From Eledone cirrhosa (Eukaryota): a DNA stretch of 64,000 bases. Shown here piece after piece: positions 55,101 to 64,000 of the stretch. Under the pieces are notes generated by a model that made no database searches, was not told the origin of the DNA, and saw only the letters and a program-made list of their open reading frames with translations. How positions within the stretch are numbered: the first letter of the stretch is position 1; every line of letters starts with the position of its first letter. Position numbers and translations under genes: made by a program. Location of the stretch: positions 34,906,001-34,970,000 of the forward strand of contig OZ024740.1 in the NCBI GenBank assembly GCA_964016885.1. Direction: 5' to 3'.

Positions 55101-58100
55101 ACCAAGCTGTATTAGTATATATAACTAAACCAAGTTGCATTAGAATACATAACTAAACCAAGTTATATTAGTATATATTACTAAACTAAGTTGTATTAGT
55201 ATATATTACTAAACCAAGGTATATTAGTATATATAGCTAAACAAAGTTATATTAGTATATACAACTAAACCAAGTTATATTAGTATGTACATCTAAACCA
55301 AATTGTATTAGTATATACAACTAAACCAAGTTGTATTAGTATATACAACTTAACGAAGTTGTATTAGTATACACAACTAAACCAAGTTATATTAGTATAT
55401 ATAACTAAACGAAGTTATATTAGTGTATATGACAAAACCCAGTTATATAAGTATATATAAGTAAACCAATTTGTATTAGTATATATAACTAAACCAAATT
55501 ATATTAGTATATATAACTAAACCAAGTTGTATTAGTATATATTACTAAACCAAGTTGTATTAGTATCTACAACTAAACCAAGTTATATTAGTATATATAG
55601 CTAAACCAAGTTATATTAGTATATACAACTAAACCAAGTTGTATTAGTATATACAACTAAACCAACTTGTATTAGTATATACAAGTAAAGCAAGTTGTAT
55701 TAGTATATACAACTAAAGCAAGTTGTATTAGTATATATTACTAAACCAAGTTGTATTAGTATATATTACTAAACCAAGTTGAATTACCATATATAACTAA
55801 ACCAAATTATATTAGTATATACAACTAAACCAATTTGTATTAGCATATATAACTAAACCAAGTCATATTAGTATATACAACTAAACCAAGTTGTATTAGT
55901 ATATATAACTAAACCAAGTTGTATTAGTATCTATAACTAATCCAAGTTGTATTAGTATATATAACTGATCCAAGTTGAATTATTATACATAACTAAACCA
56001 AGCTGTATTAGTATATATAACTAAACCAAGTTGCATTAGTATACATAACTAAACCAAGTTATATTAGTATATATTACTAAACTAAGTTGTATTAGTATAT
56101 ATTACTAAACCAAGTTATATTAGTATATATAGCTAAACCAAGTTATATTAGTATATACAACTAAACCAAGTTGTATTAGTATATACAACTAAACGAAGTT
56201 GTATTAGTATATACAACTAAACCAAGTTATATCAGTATATATAAATAAACCAAGTTGTATTAGTATATATAAATAAACCAAGTTATATTAGTATACATAA
56301 CTAAACCAAGTTGTATTATTATATATAACTAAACCAAGTTGAATTATTATATATAACTAAACCAAGCTGTATTAGTTTATAAAACTACACCAAGTTGCAT
56401 TAGAATACATAACTAAACCAAGTTATATTTGTATATATTACTAAACTAAGTTGTATTAGTATATATTACTAAACCAAGGTATATTAGTATATATAGCTAA
56501 ACCAAGTTATATTAGTATATACAACTAAACTAAGTTATATTAGTATATACATCTAAACCAAGTTGTATTAGTATATACAACTAAACCAAGTTGTATTAGT
56601 ATATACAACTTAACGAAGTTGTATTAGTATATACAACTAAACCAAGTTATATTAGTATATATAACTAAACCAAGTTATATTAGTGTATATGACAAAACCC
56701 AGTTATATTAGTATATATAAGTAAACCAATTTGTATTAGTATATATAACTAAACCAAATTATATTAGTATATATAACTAAACCAAGTTGTATTAGTATAT
56801 ATTACTAAACCAAGTTGTATTAGTATATACAAGTAAAGCAAGTTGTATTAGTATATACAACTAAAGCAAGTTGTATTAGTATATATTACTAAACCAAGTT
56901 GTATAAGTATATATTACTAAACCAAGTTGAATTATCATATATAACTAAAGCAAGTCATATTAGTATATACAACTAAACCAAGTTGTATTAGTATATATAA
57001 CTAAACCAAGTTGTATTAGTATCTATAACTAAACCAAGTTGTATTAGTATATATAACTAAACCAAGTTATATTAGTATATATAACTAAACCAAGTTGAAT
57101 TATTATATATAACTAAACCAAGCTGTATTAGTATATATAACTAAACCAAGTTATATTTGTATATATTACTAAACTAAGTTGTATTAGTATATATTACTAA
57201 ACCAAGGTATATTAGTATATATAGCTAAACCAAGTTATATTAGTATATACAACTAAACTAAGTTATATTAGTATATACATCTAAACCAAGTTGTATTAGT
57301 ATATACAACTAAACCAAGTTGTATTAGTATATACAACTTAACGAAGTTGTATTAGTATATACAACTAAACCAAGTTATATTAGTATATATAACTAAACCA
57401 AGTTATATTAGTGTATATGACAAAACCCAGTTATATTAGTATATATAAGTAAACCAATTTGTATTAGTATATATAACTAAACCAAATTATATTAGTATAT
57501 ATAACTAAACCAAGTTGTATTAGTATATATTACTAAACCAAGTTGTATTACTATCTACATCTAAACCAAGTTATATTAGTATATATAGCTAAACCAAGTT
57601 ATATTAGTATATACAACTAAACCAAGTTGTATTAGTATATACAACTAAACCAAGTTTTATTAGTATATACAAGTAAAGCAAGTTGTATTAGTATATACAA
57701 CTAAACCAAGTTGTATTAGTATATATAACTAAACCAAGTTGTATTAGTATCTATAACTAAACCAAGTTATATTAGTATATACAACTAAACTAAGTTGTAT
57801 TAGTATATACATCTAAACCAAGTTGTATTAGTATATACAACTAAACCAAGTTGTATTAGTATATACAACTTAACGAAGTTGTATTAGTATATACAACTAA
57901 ACCAAGTTATATTAGTATATATAACTAAACCAAGTTATATTAGTGTATATGACAAAACCCAGTTATATTAGTATATATAAGTAAACCAATTTGTATTAGT
58001 ATATATAACTAAACCAAATTATATTAGTATATATAACTAAACCAAGTTGTATTAGTATATATTACTAAACCAAGTTGTATTAGTATCTACAACTAAACCA

Positions 58101-61100
58101 AGTTATATTAGTATATATAGCTAAACCAAGTTGTATTAGTATATATAAATAAACCAAGTTATATTAGTATACATAACTAAACCAAGTTGTATTAGTATAT
58201 ATAACTGATCCAAGTTGAATTATTATACATAACTAAACCAAGCTGTATTAGTATATATAACTAAACCAAGTTGCATTAGTATACATAACTAAACCAAGTT
58301 ATATCAGTATATATTACTAAACTAAGTTGTATTAGTATATATTACTAAACCAAGTTATATTAGTATATATAGCTAAACGAAGTTATATTAGTATATACAA
58401 CTAAACCAAGTTGTATTAGTATATACAACTAAACGAAGTTGTATTAGTATATACAACTAAACCAAGTTATATCAGTATATATAAATAAACCAAGTTGTAT
58501 TAGTATATATAAATAAACCAAGTTATATTAGTATACATAACTAAACCAAGTTGTATTAGTATATATAACTAAACCAAGTTGAATTATTATATATAACTAA
58601 ACCAAGCTGTATTAGTATATATAACTAAACCAAATTGCATTAGAATACATAACTAAACCAAGTTATATTTGTATATATTACTAAACTAAGTTGTATTAGT
58701 ATATATTACTAAACCAAGGTATATTAGTATATATAGCTAAACCAAGTTATATTAGTATATACAACTAAACTAAGTTATATTAGTATATACATCTAAACCA
58801 AGTTGTATTAGTATATACAACTAAACCAAGTTGTATTAGTATATACAACCTAACGAAGTTGTATTAGTATATACAACTAAACCAAGTTATATTAGTATAT
58901 ATAACTAAACCAAGTTATATTAGTGTATATGACAAAACCCAGTTATATTAGTATATATAAGTAAACCAATTTGTATTAGTATATATAACTAAACCAAATT
59001 ATATTAGTATATATAACTAAACCAAGTTGTATTAGTATATATTACTAAACCAAGTTGTATTAGTATCTACATCTAAACCAAGTTATATTAGTATATATAG
59101 CTAAACCAAGTTATATTAGTATATACAACTAAACCAAGTTGTATTAGTATATACAACTAAACCAAGTTTTATTAGTATATACAAGTAAAGCAAGTTGTAT
59201 TAGTATATACAACTAAAGCAAGTTGTATTAGTATATATTACTAAACCAAGTTGTATTAGTATATATTACTAAACAAGTTGAATTACCATATATAACTAAA
59301 CCAAATTATATTAGTATATACAACTAAACCAATTTGTATTAGCATATATAACTAAACCAAGTCATATTAGTATATACAACTAAACGAAGTTGTATTAGTA
59401 TATATAACTAAACCAAGTTGTATTAGTATATATAACTAAACCAAGTTGTATTAGTCTATATAACTAAACCAAGTTATATAAGTATATACAACTAAACCAA
59501 GTTGTATTAGTATATACAACTAAACGAAGTTGTATTAGTATATACAACTAAACCAAGTTATATTAGTATATATAAATAAACCAAGTTGTATTAGTATATA
59601 TAAATAAACCAAGTTATATTAGTATACATAACTAAACCAAGTTGTATTAGTATATATAACTAATCCAATTTGAATTATTATATATAACTAAACCAAGCTG
59701 TATTAGTATATATAACTAAACCAAGTTGCATTAGTATACATAACTAAACCAAGTTATATTAGTATATATTACTAAACTAAGTTGTATTAGTATATATTAC
59801 TAAACCAAGTTATATTAGTATATATAGCTAAACCAAGTTATATTAGTATATACAACTAAACCAAGTTGTATTAGTATATGTAACTAAACCAAGTTGTATT
59901 AGTATATATAACTAAACCAAGTTATATTAGTATATACAACTAAACCAAGTTATATTAGTATATACAAGTAAACCAACATGTATTAGTATATACAACTAAA
60001 CCACGTTGTATTAGTATATACAACTAAACCAAGTTATATTAGTATATATAACTAAACCAAGTTGTATTAGTATATATAACTAAACCAAGTTGTATTAGTA
60101 TACATAACTATACCAAGTTGTATTAGTATATATAACTAAACCAAATTGAATTATTATATATAACTAAACCAAGCTGTATTAGTATATATAACTAAACCAA
60201 GTTGCATTAGAATACATAATTAAACCAAGTTATATTTGTATATATTACTAAACTAAGTTGTATTAGTATATATTACTAAACCAAGGTATATTAGTATATA
60301 TAGCTAAACCAAGTTATATTAGTATATACAACTAAACTAAGTTATATTAGTATATACATCTAAACCAAGTTGTATTAGTATATACAACTAAACCAAGTTG
60401 TATTAGTATATACAACTTAACGAAGTTGTATTAGTATATACAACTAAACCAAGTTATATTAGTATATATAACTAAACCAAGTTATATTAGTGTATATGAC
60501 AAAACCCAGTTATATTAGTATATATAAGTAAACCAATTTGTATTAGTATATATAACTAAACCAAATTATATTAGTATATATAACTAAACCAAGTTGTATT
60601 AGTATATATTACTAAACCAAGTTGTATTAGTATATACAACTAAACCAAGTTATATTAGTATATATAGCTAAACCAAGTTATATTAGTATATACAACTAAA
60701 CCAAGTTGTATTAGTATATACAACTAAACCAAGTTTTATTAGTATATACAAGTAAAGCAAGTTGTATTAGTATATACAACTAAAGCAAGTTGTATTAGTA
60801 TATATTACTAAACCAAGTTGTATTAGTATATATTACTAAACCAAGTTGAATTACCATATATAACTAAACCAAATTATATTAGTATATACAACTAAACCAA
60901 TTTGTATTAGCATATATAACTAAACCAAGTCATATTAGTATATACAACTAAACCAAGTTGTATTAGTATATATAACTAAACCAAGTTGTATTAGTATATA
61001 TAACTAAACCAAGTTGTATTAGTCTATATAACTAAACCAAGTTATATAAGTATATACAACTAAACGAAGTTGTATTAGTATATACAACTAAACGAAGTTG

Positions 61101-64000
61101 TATTAGTATATACAACTAAACCAAGTTATATTAGTATATATAAATAAACCAAGTTGTATTAGTATATATAAATAAACCAAGTTATATTAGTATATATTAC
61201 TAAACTAAGTTGTATTAGTATATATTACTAAACCAAGTTATATTAGTATATATAGCTAAACTAAGTTATATTAGTATATACAACTAAACCAAGTTGTATT
61301 AGTATATGTAACTAAACCAAGTTGTATTAGTATATATAACTAAACCAAGTTATATTAGTATATACAACTAAACCAAGTTATATTAGTATATACAAGTAAA
61401 CCAACATGTATTAGTATATACTACTAAACCAAGTTATATTAGTATATATAGCTAAACCAAGTTATATTAGTATATACAACTAAACCAAGTTGTATTTGTA
61501 TATACAACTAAACGAAGTTGTATTAGTATATACAACTAAACCAAGTTATATCAGTATATATAAATAAACCAAGTTGTATTAGTATATATAAATAAACCAA
61601 GTTATATTAGTATACATAACTAAACCAAGTTGTATTAGTATATATAACTAAACCAAGTTGAATTATTATATATAACTAAACCAAGCTGTATTAGTATATA
61701 TAACTACACCAAGTTGCATTAGAATACATAACTAAACCAAGTTATATTTGTATATATTACTAAACTAAGTTGTATTAGTATATATTACTAAACCAAGGTA
61801 TATTAGTATATATAGCTAAACCAAGTTATATTAGTATATACAACTAAACTAAGTTATATTAGTATATACATCTAAACCAAGTTGTATTAGTATATACAAC
61901 TAAACCAAGTTGTATTAGTATATACAACTTAACGAAGTTGTATTAGTATATACAACTAAACCAAGTTATATTAGTATATATAACTAAACCAAGTTACATT
62001 AGTGTATATGACAAAACCCAGTTATATTAGTATATATAAGTAAACCAATTTGTATTAGTATATATAACTAAACCAAATTATATTAGTATATATAACTAAA
62101 CCAAGTTGTATTAGTATATATTACTAAACCAAGTTGTATTAGTATCTACAAGTAAAGCAAGTTGTATTAGTATATACAACTAAAGCAAGTTGTATTAGTA
62201 TATATTACTAAACCAAGTTGTATTAGTATACATTACTAAACCAAGTTGAATTATCATATATAACTAAACCAAATTATATTAGTATATACAACTAAACCAA
62301 TTTGTATTAGCATATATAACTAAACCAAGTCATATTAGTATATACAACTAAACCAAGTTGTATTAGTATATATAACTAAACCAAGTTGTATTAGTATCTA
62401 TAACTAAACCAAGTTGTATTAGTATATATAACTAAACCAAGTTATATTAGTATATACAACTAAACCAAGTTGTATTAGTATATACAACTAAACGAAGTTG
62501 TATTAGTATATACAACTAAACCAAGTTATATTAGTATATATAAATAAATCAAGTTGTATTAGTATATATAAATAAACCAAGTTATATTAGTATACATAAC
62601 TAAACCAAGTTGTATTAGTATATATAACTGATCCAAGTTGAATTATTATACATAACTAAACCAAGCTGTATTAGTATATATAACTAAACCAAGTTGCATT
62701 AGTATACATAACTAAACCAAGTTATATCAGCATATATTACTAAACTAAGTTGTATTAGTATATATTACTAAACCAAGTTATATTAGTATATATAGCTAAA
62801 CGAAGTTATATTAGTATATACAACTAAACCAAGTTGTATTAGTATATACAACTAAACGAAGTTGTATTAGTATATACAACTAAACCAAGTTATATCAGTA
62901 TATATAAATAAACCAAGTTGTATTAGTATATATAAATAAACCAAGTTATATTAGTATACATAACTAAACCAAGTTGTATTAGTATATATAACTAAACCAA
63001 GTTGCATTAGTATACATAACTAAACCAAGTTATATTAGTATATATTACTAAACTAAGTTGTATTAGTATATATTACTAAACCAAGTTATATTAGTATATA
63101 TAGCTAAACCAAGTTATATTAGTATATACAACTAAACCAAGTTGTATTAGTATATGTAACTAAACCAAGTTGTATTAGTATATATAACTAAACCAAGTTA
63201 TATTAGTATATACAACTAAACCAAGTTATATTAGTACATACAAGTAAACCAACATGTATTAGTATATACAACTAAACCACGTTGTATTAGTATATACAAC
63301 TAAACCAAGTTATATTAGTATATATAACTAAACCAAGTTGTATTAGTATATATAACTAAACCAAGTTGTATTAGTATACATAACTAAACCAAGTTGTATT
63401 AGTATATATAACTAAACCAAATTGAATTATTATATATAACTAAACCAAGCTGTATTAGTATATATAACTAAACCAAGTTGCATTAGAATACATAACTAAA
63501 CCAAGTTATATTTGTATATATTACTAAACTAAGTTGTATTAGTATATATTACTAAACCAAGGTATATAATATATATAGCTAAACCAAGTTATATTAGTAT
63601 ATACAACTAAACTAAGTTATAGTAGTATATACATCTAAACCAAGTTGTATTAGTATATACAACTAAACCAAGTTGTATTAGTATATACAACTTAACGAAG
63701 TTGTATTAGTATATACAACTAAACCAAGTTATATTAGTATATATAACTAAACCAAGTTATATTAGTGTATATGACAAAACCCAGTTATATTAGTATATAT
63801 AAGTAAACCAATTTGTATTAGTATATATAACTAAACCAAATTATATTAGTATATATAACTAAACCAAGTTGTATTAGTATATATTACTAAACCAAGTTGT
63901 ATTAGTATCTACAACTAAACCAAGTTATATTAGTATATATAGCTAAACCAAGTTATATTAGTATATACAACTAAACCAAGTTGTATTAGTATATACAACT
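34152..64000. repeat. 28-bp tandem satellite, right part (about 1,060 monomers, uninterrupted)
   Basis: Same monomer and orientation, running off the window end; few indels and multi-monomer repeated blocks. Confidence 0.99.

Noticed and set aside
1-64000. CRISPR array (28-bp palindromic repeat)
   Set aside because: Monomers are contiguous with no unique spacers, no cas genes, and a eukaryotic retroelement context.
1-64000. Telomeric repeat (CTAAACC / TAAACCCT resembles plant-type or telobox motifs)
   Set aside because: Only a 7-8 nt resemblance within a 28-mer; variants propagate by block duplication, unlike telomerase-templated repeats.

Overview
Eukaryotic, heterochromatin-like DNA. About 94% of the window is one head-to-tail AT-rich 28-bp satellite (consensus AACTAAACCAAGTTGTATTAGTATATAT) with an internal quasi-palindrome and irregular kb-scale internal duplications. 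Two sub-arrays with different variant sets meet at about 28.0-28.3 kb. The array is interrupted only by retroelements, all on the + strand. These are three copies of a tRNA-derived Deu/Nin-domain-like SINE (about 1.7, 15.5 and 26.6 kb), the 5' part of a CR1-type LINE (29551-32200) and a separate 5'-truncated CR1 3' end with a doubled 3' terminus (33621-34151). The 5' LINE part has a 5'UTR, an intact ORF1 (CCCH-like + PHD-like + Q/H repeats + coiled coil + RRM-like) and a broken ORF2 endonuclease. No reverse transcriptase domain, host gene, rRNA, tRNA or CRISPR array is present. From recall only, the SINE and LINE resemble Octopus/cephalopod repeats; this is unverified. The most interesting signals are a G GGA AAC slippery heptamer abutting the ORF1 stop, insertions with (ATT)n tail microhomology and identifiable empty sites, and a hairpin-loop inversion exactly at a satellite duplication junction. 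I see no firm evidence of a wholly new system; these are hypotheses.
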